Shown: positions 24,577 to 36,449 of the stretch, piece after piece
Position numbering within the stretch: position 1 is the stretch's first letter
Layout: the number at the start of each line of letters is the position of its first letter
NCBI GenBank assembly: GCA_013239625.1
Contig: MU054338.1
Span: 124,001 to 186,000 of the forward strand
Reading direction: 5' to 3'
DNA from: Lama guanicoe
Taxonomy: Eukaryota
Length of the DNA stretch: 62,000 bases
The notes under the pieces: generated by a model
The model's input: only the letters and a program-made list of their open reading frames with translations
The model's database searches: none
Told to the model about the DNA's origin: nothing
Position numbers and translations under genes: made by a program

Positions 24577-24803
24577 TGGCCAAGGCCGCACTCTGGGCCC
24601 CCTGCCCTGCCCGGACCACACTGAGAGGGACTTTCCTTCCACTCAGTTGCGACTAGAGGACGTTTGCAGGGTTCTGGGCAGCAGGGGGGCTAACCGTGGG
24701 CCCTTTACCCTGATGGCCACCACATCCGGCTTCCCCAGCAGGCTGGGCTTCCCCTCAGTGGAGCCCTGGGGAGCCCCCCCACCCCAATGGTGCATAGCTA
24801 GAG

Positions 24804-24809
24804 AATAAA
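24804..24809 (+). terminator. MADCAM1: MADCAM1 polyadenylation signal
   Basis: AATAAA ~230 nt after the stop, followed by GT-rich sequence. Confidence 0.75.
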
Positions 24810-25539
24810 AAGCATCTGGTCTGACCTGGGTGGTTCCTGTGATGGTATGAGGAACCTGGAACCCTCTGCTCTAGATGACTCCCCAGAGAGACAAGGAGGG
24901 ACACACACCCTCACCCTCCTTGGCCAGGGTTGGGCGAGAGGCTTGCCCTCTTCCTGGTGCTTTTCCTGGATGTGGGGACACTGGAACTAAAAAAATAAAT
25001 AAGAGTCCTGAAAAGAAGCAGACAAGAGTATTAGTTGGGAGACAGCAAGGGCAAGGACACAGAAGAGACGTGGCTTGTTAAAGGAAACTGCATCTCTTTT
25101 AGGGTAGCTGGGGACTGAGGTGGGAGGAGAGGCGAGGGCGAGGCTGGCTGTAGATTTCAGGGCCTACAGGAACTGGGGAGCTATGGGAGAATTTAGAGCT
25201 ACGGAGGGTGCAGTGAAAAAGATCCTTCTATTAGTAAGGTAAGGTAACAGCCTGGGACAGGGAACTGGGGACCGTGGGTGGTCCACTCATTCCGCGAACA
25301 AGTGCAGTGGCGGGGACTAGTGGCCGCGAGGGCTCAGAGCAGACCCCCTAACCCAGCCTGGAGTCGGGGGAGCCTTTCCCAAAGAGTTGAGCTACAAACT
25401 CAGGCGGAGACTGGGTTAGGCTGAAAGCCAGGCTGAGCACAAAGGCTCCGAGGTGAAAGTCAGAAAAGGGCGGGATGGGGGGCGGCGCTTTGTCCTGGAG
25501 TATGGGTGGAGCCATCCCGCCCACGCTCTCCAAGCTTCT

Positions 25540-25910
25540 CTGGTCACCAAGGATGCTGGTTGCTAGGGGACCATGCTACTAAAGGACTCGCCCACTATCA
25601 AGATGGCAACCAGTCCGGCTTCATACCAGAAACCAAGCCCTTCCTAGGGAACCCATCTTGGAGTCGGGCAAAAATTTAGGTTCTGGGCCTAAGCCAGGAA
25701 AGCGAACCGACACACGTAAAGAGGGAGCCGGAGAGAGAGTGCCAATTAGAACCTAAGGAAAATGGTGTCCTGAGCTGGTTAGTTCCCAAAGTCTTCCAGG
25801 GGGATTCAGGCGCTCCCTGCCCTTAACTAAGATGGCTGCCCCGAGGCGCCAGCGCGCTATGAAATATGGCGACACTTCCGGTCCCGCTGCCCTCAGCGAA
25901 GATGGCGACG
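25540..25910 (+). promoter_or_regulatory. TPGS1: TPGS1 promoter: X-box-like, YY1 and ETS motifs leading into a CpG island
   Basis: GTTGCTAGGGGAC 25559-25571, CTTCCTAGGGAAC 25640-25652, AAGATGGC at 25829 and 25899, ACTTCCGG 25874-25881. Confidence 0.6.
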
Positions 25911-26239
25911 GTGGAGAAGCGGCGGCTGGCGGTATCCCAGGCGGCCGGTTTCACAGACAGCGGCCGGCCGGGGGCGTCTCGAACGGCGGCGATGACCGAG
26001 AGTGAGGAGGACTTCCTGCGGCAGGTCGGGGTGACGGAGATGCTGCGCACGGCCCTGCTGAAAGTGCTGGAGGCGCGACCCGAGGAGCCTATCGCCTTCC
26101 TGGCGCACTACTTCGAGAACATGGGCCTGCGCTCGCCTACAAACGGCGGCGCCGGGGAGCCAGCGGGCCAGCTCCTGCTGCAGCAGCAGCGACTGGGCCG
26201 CGCGCTGTGGCACCTTCGCCTGGCTCACCACTCCCAGAG
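25902..26239 (+). CDS. TPGS1: TPGS1 (tubulin polyglutamylase complex subunit 1) exon 1
   Basis: MATVEKRR...[43 protein letters not shown]...LAHHSQR; donor AG|GTGCGG, phase 2. Confidence 0.95.
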
Positions 26240-26595
26240 GTGCGGGGCGGGGCCGGTCCTGGGCGGGTGGGGGCCGCGGCCGGACTTCAACTCCCAGCGT
26301 GCTCCGCGCGGCCCCCCCGCCATTGGCGCTCGAGCGCGAGGCATGCTGGGAACTGTAGTCCGCTGCACCTGTGGCGGGATGGGCGCGGACCTTGACGGGC
26401 TGGAGGTCCCCAGCGTGGCACCTAGCTGACTGCTTGCGTCGATAGCTCAGGCCCACTTCGTCTTTTATGATGCCTCTTTGCAGGTGCTGAGTTCCTTCTT
26501 GCAGCCCACCCCACTTTTGAAAGTCATGGAGCCCAGAAAGGACTTAGCCCAAGGTTGCAGAGCAATTCTCTGAGCCAGGTCCCTCCTAGCAGCCT

Positions 26596-26644
26596 CGTTA
26601 ACAGCATTGTAGCATCCCCGTTACCAGCATTGTAGCATCCCCGT
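26596..26644. repeat. 23-bp tandem duplication
   Basis: CAGCATTGTAGCATCCCCGT occurs twice, 23 bp apart. Confidence 0.85.
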
Positions 26645-28044
26645 CCGTTAAGCCAGAAAATGAGTATTTATAGGTCTGGGCCGTGGAGACGCAGAGCAAA
26701 CCAGTCACCCAAGGCCCCTACCCTAGGAGTAGGCCCCCAGCAGGCACCGAGGAAGGGGCCTGCGCGACACACAGGGAAAGGTGTTTCAGTCACGAGGCAA
26801 GCAAGTGCACTGGCCTGGAAGCTGTAGTGCTGTCGTGAAGGACCCACTGGGGGAGGGAAGGCAGTGGATGCTTCCTGTGGCTGAAGCATGGTGGGGTGGA
26901 GGGGATGGCTTCCCCCACCCCACTCAGCCCCGCCCATCTCTGAGCCCAGGGAAGGGGGCTGAGGAACATGCTTTGAGTGAGTGGTCCGCGTCCGGAGGAT
27001 GGGAAGAAGCTGACACGCAGCATCAACCAGATAAGGTCACGGCTGGATGTGGGTGGGCTGGGTCTCAGGTTGGGGGTGGGGGTGGATTCCCAGAAGCAGG
27101 GTCTGAGGCTAGCATTCATGTGGGGGTAATTTTAAGAGGTCGCTTCCCAGAGAACCCATGGAGGAGGAGGAGGCCAAGCAAGGGAGAGTTTCAGTCTGAT
27201 CCCCAGCACTCCCTGCCCACAGACCACCCTCCCAAGAGAGTCAAGGTGCAGACCCCAAGAGAAGGGAAGCACAGAGGAGCTGGGAAGGGAGCCAGGGTAT
27301 GGAAGGGGTGTGGAGAGGAGCACCAGATCTCCACCACAAGGGGAGGGGAGAGCAGGGTGTCCAAAGTGACAGCCAGGAAAAGCTGCAGGATGGCCGGGGC
27401 CACCCCTGAGATGGGGACCTAGGGAGGGGAGTGGGCTGGTGGGTGTCCATGTGCTCAGGGCAGGCTCTGAAGGTTGAGCTGCTGGGTTTGCTGGGGCCGA
27501 GGTGGCAGGGGTTGTGCACGAACAGTCTCAGGTGGTCTGTGAGATGGGAAGTCACTGGTTTGGGGAAATTTCCAGAGTTGCTTGGAGACTATTCATTCAG
27601 GGTCTGGGTAAACCTCGCAGCAGGAAGGTGGACAGTCAGGTCTGCAACTGAGACATGTGACTGCTACAGGAGGTTTGTCACCTGGGAGGGCTGAGAAGAC
27701 CCCAGGCACTGACTTCAAGGAGCCCCAGCTCAGAAAACCGACAGAAAAGCATGAGAAGGCAGACCAGACATGAAGGAGAGAACTAGAAGAGAGTGACATT
27801 CCAGGACATCCTCCAAGGAGGAAGAAAGTCAGTGGCAGGACCACCATGTATAGTTGTTCAGGTCATGCACTGTGCAAGCCACTCACCCCATGGACATCAC
27901 AGACAAGAACATTTATATGAAGGCTTTTTGTAGAGCTTCTTCCTGATTCACACAGAGACACTTTGTGGGCTGTCAGTGGCCCTGTGTCCGATGGCCCGAT
28001 AGATGAGGGCTGGGAAGTGTCTGATGGATTTATAGCCAAGGGGG

Positions 28045-28440
28045 CTGTTTGAGATTCCTAGAGCTGCTGTAACAAATGACCACAGACTTGGGGACTTGAA
28101 ACAACAGACATGTATCCTCCACTGTTCTGGAGGCCAGAATCTGAAATCAAGGTGTGTCAGGGCTGTGTTCTCTCTGGAGGCTCCAGGGGAGGGTCCTTCC
28201 TGCCTCTTCTGGCCCCTGGGGGCTCCAGGTGTCCTGGGCTTGTGACTGCTTCCCTCCCATCTCTGCCTTGTCTTCCCCATGGCTTCTCCGTGTCTCTGTC
28301 CTCTCTCTTAATAGGACACTTGGCATTGGATATAGGGCCACCTCATCTCCAGATCCTGAGCTGATCACATCTGCAGAGACCCCATTTCCAAATATGGTCA
28401 CACTCAGAGGTGCTGGATGGACCTATATTCAGGGGATGCT
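28045..28440 (-). mobile_element. MaLR solo LTR (MLT1-like)
   Basis: GCTGCTGTAACAAATGACCACAGACTTGGGGACTTGAAACAACAGA...TTCTGGAGGCCAGAATCTGAAATCAAGGTG...CCCATTTCCAAATATGGTCACA. Confidence 0.8.
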
Positions 28441-28777
28441 GTGCACAGCACTTCAGGGGTGCTGGAGCCAGGGGCTGGTGACAGTTGGGAGAGGAGGGGC
28501 ACAGAGGGTGAGTGGCAGGTGCTGGTGGCTGATGTGCCCTGGCACCTGGGTTCACCTGGTCTCCCAAGAGACAGAGCCAGTGGTGAACTCAGAAGGTGGG
28601 GTCGCAGCCAGGAGCCCCTTATCCTTGGCCGATGGGCGAGAAGCAGAAGCCGGGCCAGGTGAGTCCTGGATTTGGGAGATAGGTGGTCCCTCCGAGGCCA
28701 GGCAGCTTTGTCCTGACGCCAAGGGGTTGGCTGGGGCGTCCTGGGGCTGTTCTTGAGAGCATCACCAGCATGAAAAA

Positions 28778-28833
28778 TTTGGGGAGAACTCAACCAAAAT
28801 GAGAGATTTGGGGAGAGCACAACCAAAATGAGA
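28778..28833. repeat. 29-bp tandem duplication
   Basis: TTTGGGGAGA(A/G)C(T/A)CAACCAAAATGAGA occurs twice. Confidence 0.8.
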
Positions 28834-30888
28834 CCAGCCTCTGCTGGTATCTCAAGAAATCAAAAGCTCTGGCTGCTAGGACTGGTGATGGCAGCTTTGA
28901 CATTCTACTGGCCCCCAGAGCACAAGCAGGACTGTCCCAGGACTGGCTGAGGCCGCCTGGGCACTGTGGCCCGAAGGCCTCCCTCTGAGCCACTGAGTGC
29001 TCAGAGGTTCAGCAAGAGTGCGACCCCTGCAGATCCTGTGGACCCAGAAAACATGCGGAAGCACCAAAGGGTCTACGCCAGTCTCAGCTCAGAGCATCCT
29101 CTAGGGAGCATGCCGGGCACTGGGGGGTGTGGAGCCGCATCCCTGACTCCACCCACTTGATGCCAGGAGCCACCCCCAGCCGTGACAACCACAGATGTCC
29201 CCAGAGTCCCCTGGGGTCAGAATCTCCCCTGGCCAGACCCCTGGGTTAGGGATTCCACTGGCCCCAAGAGACTGCATTCATGACCCTCTGACCTCTGAGG
29301 TCCTGGGGTGCTGCACACATTTAAATACATACCTGAGTGAGAGGGAGGCGGGGGTGACTCAGAGCTGGGAGTCACCTTGGTTTACACCGTCTGACTCAGT
29401 GGGAATTCATGTGGGTGTCTGGTGTGAACAGGGAGAGAACCGAATTTCTTTCCAAATAATTAACCAGGGTCTCTCTCCCTGGGCACTGCTGACATGGGGG
29501 CTGGGTCACACTCTGTGGGGGGGGGGCACCCTGTGGGTGATGTGCAGCATCCCAGGCCTCCAGCCATCCAGTGGTGGCAACCAAAACTGTCCCCAGATAT
29601 CACCCAGTGTCCCCTGGGGGCGGAGTCACCCCCATTGAGAGCCCCCAGTTCACAGTGGAAAATCTCCGTGTCTGTTTCTGGACACAATCCATAAATCAGT
29701 TCCTTTTAAACAAAGGCGCAGATGGTTTGCAAACTGCTGGGTGTGGGGCTGACCCGAGTGGAGCCTCAGTTGTGCCCAGGCCCCACTGCACAGACAGGGA
29801 AACTGAGGGCCAGAGCCTAGGCCGCCAGGACGGTTCAGCAGGTGGCATGGGCGCCCCCTCGCGGCTGGGAGCTGCCACGGGGAGCCCCAGGGAGGACGGA
29901 TGGGAGGCGGGGCCTAGAGGTTGAGTTTGGCCTTCCTCTGGGCTGCCCGCCTGATCCTCCAGTCTCACTGGGTGTCACTGCTCCTCCATGAGTCTCCCTG
30001 TCCATGGGGCCAGAAGCCTGTGGTCACCAGCATCCAAGCAGTGGCTGAGCTGCAGCGCTGGTTACAGCTAATGACAGGTGCACATGGGGCCCCTCCCACA
30101 TGCCAGGCACAGTCTGAAAGCACTTGGCCCGAAACTTACCCTCTGTCCTCCCAAGAATCCTGAGATTCGGGGATTAGGACCCTCATTTTCCAGATGAAGG
30201 AAGCAAAGAGTGCAGGGTCCTCAAGAGGCAGCTGATCCTTGGTGTGTCCCTTGGCCCCCAGCCGTTGCAGCCACAGGCAGCCCATCTGGGACTGACATGG
30301 CCATATGCCAACAAATCTTTACAGAAACAGGCAACAGCCAGGTTTGAGCCACATCTGTGGTTCAACTCTTGGCCTGTGCGAGGAGGAAAGGTGGGCACGG
30401 GGTCCGGCCCCAGAGAGCCTGTCAGTGCAGGCATCATCAGCGGGAGGGCCGCTGGAGAGTCCGTGGGCAGGTGCCCGTTGGCTGAGTCAGCAGATGATCC
30501 TCGGCCCCCTGGGCAGCGTTCTGGGTACTGGGGCTATAACAGTGACCAACAGATAAGCCCCCTGCTGTGGGCTCCTGGGCAGATGTGGGAGAGAGGAAAC
30601 TCCTGAGGACCCCAGACAGTGGGTCTAATGTGATGACCGCCAGGAAAAAAAAGTAGAGGAAGAGGGCAGGGAGTTGGGGAGGCCCCTCTCCCCCAGAGAG
30701 GCAAAGACTGGGAGGAGCCTGGGGAGGTCTGGGGAAGCGCACTCCAGGGAGGGCATAGCTGGTGCAAAGGCCCTGAGGTTGTACGGGCCTGGTGTGCTGG
30801 AGGAGGAGCTGCGGGGCAGGGGCCGAGGGTGGGGAGGGGCGGGGCGGGGCTCTGCCCGGCTGGCCCAACGCCCCTGTCCGCCCCGCAG

Positions 30889-31423
30889 GACAGCCTTCAA
30901 CAACAATGTCGGCGTGGCCTACGAGTGCCTGAGCGCCAGCGGGCGCAAGAAGAAGCCGGGGCTGGACGGGCACACGTACAGCGAGCTGCTGAAGCGCATC
31001 TGCCGGGATGGGGAGGCCCCTGAGGAGGTCGTGGCGCCCCTGCTGCGCAAGATCCAGTGCCGAGACCACGAGGCTGTGCCTCTGGCCGTCTTCCGCGCGG
31101 GGATGCTCACCTGCTTTGTGCTGCTGGAGTTCGTGGCGCGCGCCGGCGCCCTCTACCGGCTGCTGGAGGACCCGGGCCTGGCCACGGCCGACCGCCGCGT
31201 GGGCCAGGCGGTGCTGGACACCCTCGAGGGGGCCCTGCAGGCCAGCGACGACACCGCGCCCGCGCGCTACCTGGAGGCCGGCTCGCGCCTGGGGCCCGAC
31301 AGCCTGGCACTGGCCATGGACCGCGCCCTGGTGGCCCGGCGGCCCAGCGTCCCCATGACCCGGGAGGAGTTCCTGGAGAAGGCCGCCGCCCTCTTCATTG
31401 CCAAGGTCAAGCCGGTGGGCTGA
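30889..31423 (+). CDS. TPGS1: TPGS1 exon 2 (last)
   Basis: CCCCGCAG|G acceptor; [18 protein letters not shown]...[22 protein letters not shown]. Total 873 nt = 290 aa + stop. Confidence 0.96.
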
Positions 31424-31655
31424 GCCCTTCCCTCCGCTGCTGCCACCTGCGCCCAGAGCTGGGGCCCTGAAGGTCCGGCTGGCCTGCTCCCGGCTGGAAC
31501 ATAGTCCGGGGCCAGGACTGGGATGTCCCTGCATGCCAGCGGGCTAGGGGGAGCCCCCCCACCAGCTTCCGACCTGAAATGATGTCCCATCCCCCTTCAG
31601 GCGGAGGCCAAAGCTCCCTCTCCGGACTCCCACCAAGGCCCCTCTCATCCACAGA

Positions 31656-31661
31656 AATAAA
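31656..31661 (+). terminator. TPGS1: TPGS1 polyadenylation signal
   Basis: AATAAA ~230 nt after the stop. Confidence 0.75.
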
Positions 31662-34549
31662 GTCTGTTACCGAGGCTGACCTGGTGTGTGTGCGCGCTGC
31701 CCCAGCCCCAGCCTTGTCTCACCGCCGCCCGGAAACCCCACGGCATCCCAGGCTTTATGGGAGCCGAGGGCACTGGGCACCCAGCAGCCCAGAGACCCAG
31801 GAGGCACAGCCAGCCCCTCACGAGCGCCAAGCAGTTCCTCCCCAGCCTCTGTCCCAGAAGTCAGCTGGGCTGACAGTCACGCCCGCGATGGTGGAAACTA
31901 CCGACACACCCTAGCCCTGCTGTGTCTGGGTTCACGCTGCCCTAGGGGGAAGGCAAACCACTGCCCACAGGTGGGGAGACCCAGGCCCAGAGGAGGGACA
32001 GTCCCAGCACCAGCAAGGGTGCCACCCAACGCAGGCCCGCACTCGGCACCCCAGACCCCACGCTGCCTCCGCCTCCACCGCTGCCGTCCGGTCCGTCAGG
32101 GGTCCGGGCGCACCTGCGAGGTTCACCAAGCACCCCACAGAGTGGCTTCCTAGAGGCAGGATGCCGAGGGAGCAGAGTCCCAGCCCAGAACAATTCCTGC
32201 TGGGTGACTTCACTCTCTTGGCTTAAGCTTCCTCCTCAGTTAAATAGGACTCAGGACAGCCCCTATTTTGATTGAGGGCGATCACATGGGGACAGAATCT
32301 AAAGCCCTTCACAAGCTACTGAGGGCGGGACCACCTTGCCTCCCAGGTCCCAGCACCTGCCCTTGGCCTCTGGCAGGTAATCAGAGAGCCCACGGACTGC
32401 AGCTGTGTTCTCCAGTTACAGCTTTCTTTGTGTTCCCACCTGCTCTTCCAGACTCTCCCACCCCCTGCAAGGGGCTGATGAGAGGCGGGATCCGTGTCCC
32501 CCTCCTTGAACTTGATGACTTTTGTGACAGACAGTACACAGCTTCCGCCCCGCGGGTGCTTCCAGGACATGACACCCACGTTGTGAGGACGCGCAGGCCA
32601 CGTGGAGGTGTTCCGACTAGCAGCTCCTGCTTTGCAGGTCTGTGAGCTGAATAAATGGTTGTTACTGTTTTAAGCCATGAAGTTTTGGGGTCATTTGTTA
32701 CATAACCACAAACAGCGTACCGCTCAGCAAGCATGGCGCTCCGGAAATGCGCCTGAAGCCTCAGCCACCCAGGCTGAGCATTTAGGGGCTAGACAGCCTC
32801 AGGGAACCAGAGGTGGCAAGGCCCCCGCCAAGAGCTTGCGGCCAGGCGCAGCACCTGCTTTAAGTGCAGGCCGGGAGCAGGCCACGTTGTACGGTGGACT
32901 CGCAGGCCCCAGCAGCTGCTGGTCAGTCTGTGGTCCCACTGGGGACCACTGGGGAACCTCTCCCTCTTGGCCATCGGAAACTGGGCTGCTTAGAGTGAAG
33001 CAGGTGTCACTGGTACCACCAGACCTCCTTCCCAGCTGCCGTGGCTCACAGCTGTCCCTCCACAGAGATGGACTCTAGCCCAGGAGGCACCATCCCCCAT
33101 CTCGGGCAGGAGTGGCCAATGAGTGACCAACAGCCCCAAAGCTGGTCCTCTTGCCTCAGGTGGACCTGACTCTGGGGGCAGCTCACCCTCCAGGGCCCCC
33201 AGGTCAGGCTGAGGCCGACTCCAGCCGGGGTCACCCCCTGCCCTGTCCAGTTTCCCTCACTGCCTCCCCTGAGTCACCATCACACCTCGTCTTGGGTCCA
33301 GAAGTCCTGCTATGACCTTTGCCTGGGGAAGCTGAGCTGTCCTGCTTACCTGACCTCACAGCAGGGTGGACCCTCAGTCTCCCTGTCATCCACACCCCCG
33401 CCATTGGGGTGGTCTCTCCATAGCCCCCTGGAAGGCTGCCCCTCTTCCCCTGCTTCCCTGTGGAAGGCGCCCTCCTGCTCTCCTGGGGCCTCTCCTCTCC
33501 TCTCCTCATTTGGCATCTCCTGGGCCCACGGCTTCAATTACTGCCTGGTCACCAAGGAGTCTCAAATTCACGTTTCTGGCTCCACCCTGCCCTACTGCAG
33601 CCCTGGAGAGCCAACCACCTGCTGGGTGTCTCTTCAAGGACATCCCAGGTCTGCCATGTCCAGCATGGAGCCTCTGGTCAGCCTCCCTGATCCTGGGACT
33701 CCTCTGGAGCATGTGGTCTCTGAGGAAGCCCCGGTCCTCCCAGGACAGGGGCTGGGCCTGGGTGCCTCCCCTGCCCCCTTAGCTGGCCCTTCTCTGCATC
33801 CTGTTGGTTGCACATCATAGCTTCATTCTGCCTGATCCTCCCCACATTGGTCCAGCCCACAACCTCACCCACCTGGGCAACCCCACCAGCCCCACCAGCC
33901 AGTAGGAGTGCTCCAGGCACCTTCACCTCAGTGATTGGCTCAGGAACAGCATGTGACTCCAGCTGGCCAATGAGATGCAGCCCTGGGACTTTTTCTGGGG
34001 TGGCTGAGCTCGGAGGACCTGGGCCTAGATTCTGGAGCCACCTGCTCACCACATGGCCTATAAACAAAGTGAGTTCTCAGGAAAGATGAGCCAAGACACT
34101 CCCCAGCTTCTTTTCTTGCCTCTGTTCCTCACTCAGCCCCAGGCACACTGGTCACTAGCTGGCCCAGAGTGTCCCTACCTCAGGCCTTTACACGTGCTGG
34201 TCCTTCTCCCTCTAACACTGTTCCTCCTGATTCACTCCATTCTGGTCTCTGCCCAAATATCACCTCCTCAGCGATGCCTCCCTGGCCTCCTAATCAAAAT
34301 AACCCTCCTGCCCCGCCCCTGTTGCTACTGCTTCACGGTGCTTCATTTTCCTCCGCAGCAATTACTGCTACCGGAAGTTGCTTATTTATTTATAGCTTGC
34401 TTAAGTCCCTTCTACCTGCCTCTCCGAGGGCAGGAGTTTTTACTTATTTTATTCATTACTGTACCTCTGGCACCTAGATTTGTCCGTGGAAGGCCATGAA
34501 CCAATTAATCAATTTTCCAGAGGAAGAACCTGACGCTCACAGAGGTGAG

Positions 34550-34955
34550 GGTACTCACTTCCTGCGGCTGTTGTAACAAATCACCACAAAGTCAGTGACT
34601 TAAAACAATGCAAGTTTGTGACCTTACAATTCCAGAGGTCAGAAGTCCTAAAATCCAGACGTGAGAAGGGCTAGTCCCTCTGGAGGCTCCAGAGGAGATT
34701 CGGGTCCTGCCTTTTCTAGCTTCTAGAGGCACTGCATCTCTGGCTCACGGCCCCTCCCTCCACCCTCACCACCAGCAGAGCAGCATCTCCTGTCTCTCTC
34801 TGACTCTGACCCTCCCACCGCTGCGGGATTGCTCTGGGCCCACCTGGATAACCAGGACATCCCCTTCTCAAGGTTCCTTCTCTCAGGCGAGGTGGCACGT
34901 TCCCAGGCTCTGGGGTCAGGATGTGGACGTCTGCTGGGCATTATTCTCTGCCACG
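34550..34955 (-). mobile_element. MaLR solo LTR (MLT1-like)
   Basis: GCTGTTGTAACAAATCACCACAAAGTCAGTGACTTAAAACAA...CCAGAGGTCAGAAGTCC...CTTTTCTAGCTTCTAGAGGC. Confidence 0.75.
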
Positions 34956-36449
34956 GTGGGTAACTGTGTCCCAGATTGCATAGTCTGAAAGAGGCAGAGC
35001 TGACCCTGAAGCCTGTTCTGTCATGTCCAGAGTACACCCACATGTAGCCTTTGTCCCCGGCCCCATGGCCCTCTCCCCCATCAGGGGCCACATTCTCTCC
35101 CAGGCATCCCCTTTCCTTCACCCCTACAGCCCCTCTGTCTCCTGAGATGATGCCTGTCCCAACAGGCACAACTGCGGCAAGATGCTATTGTGCAAGTCTC
35201 CATAACATGTTCCAGCTCTATGCTAAGAGCTTTTCAAGTATTCCCTCACGTCACCCATTTTACAAATGAACAGGTCCGTTTGAGGACCACTTCCAAAGTC
35301 CTAGCAGAACCTAGATCTGAATTCAGGGCTCTTCTGTGACATGTGATGGAAGACTCAACTCAAACTGCCTTATAAGAAAAGAAGTAATTCATTAACTTGC
35401 ACCATTGCAAGGGGAATCAGGCATGGCTGGATCCAGGAGCGCAAATAGGGTCATCAGCACTTTCTCACCAGTCAGCTTGGCTTTCCAGAGCCAACTTTGT
35501 TCACAGGCCTCATGGTGGTGATAAGGTGGTCCAACAGCTCCAGGCCCAGTTGAGGCACCCCAGCACTGTGTCCCCAGAAAAAGTCCCAGGCTGCAACTCA
35601 TTGGATGGCTGAATCACATGCTGTTTCTGAACTAAGCACTGCAGCCAGGGGACTTGAAGCTCTCTAACTGGATGACCCAATTCCAACCTCAAAGACTAAG
35701 AGTGGAAGTCCCCAGGGAAAAATTGAGGTGCTATGTCCAGAGAACAGGCAAAACCCCAGATGTCCATCCCTCCAGGGTGTTTCATAGCCTGAGGTGCAGG
35801 CTTTCCTGGGGCGGGGGGGAGGCCCCACATGGGACCAGCTAGAGGGCCAGAAACCTGGTACCTTCCTTTACATTTCCAGGACCGCCGCCACGCACCCAGT
35901 AATTCCTGCAATGTGGGGTGTATGCAGGGAGATATCTTGGGACACTTCTGGAAGAATCATAATCAGTTCTAATTACTGTTCATCAGCGTGGCGCTGCTTG
36001 TCAACGCTATCACACTGGTGATACGGGCAGTGTGAAGGACAGACTGGGCAAAGTGTGCTCAGCCCATTTCATACATGCAGGGCCCCACCAGGTCCCCCAG
36101 GGTGAGGGCAGAGCCCCTTGCACTGATGAGTAAGTCGTGTGAAGCTGCTGCTCCGGCGAGGGCTCTCTCCTGGACTCCTCCTATTTCCCCACCTCCCCAC
36201 CTGTCCTTTCCTTCCCTAGACCCGTTTACCTGCCTGTCCTTCACTGGTACCAGCGAGGGCCAGGTATTGGGGCGCGCGGGGCAGAGAATCAGCTGAGCCT
36301 AGCCCGTGGTGTTGGTGCAGCTGTTGGCTGTCTGGGACAACTGCCAGCAAGGCCACCACAGGCCACGGTTGCCACGCCCACCCTCGTGGGGAGATGTCAC
36401 CTGCGGAGGCGCAGGGATGGAAGCCAGCGCATCACATCCAACTCTCCCG

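Noticed and set aside
30437..31534. 365-aa minus-strand ORF
   Set aside because: Antisense shadow of the GC3-rich TPGS1 exon 2.
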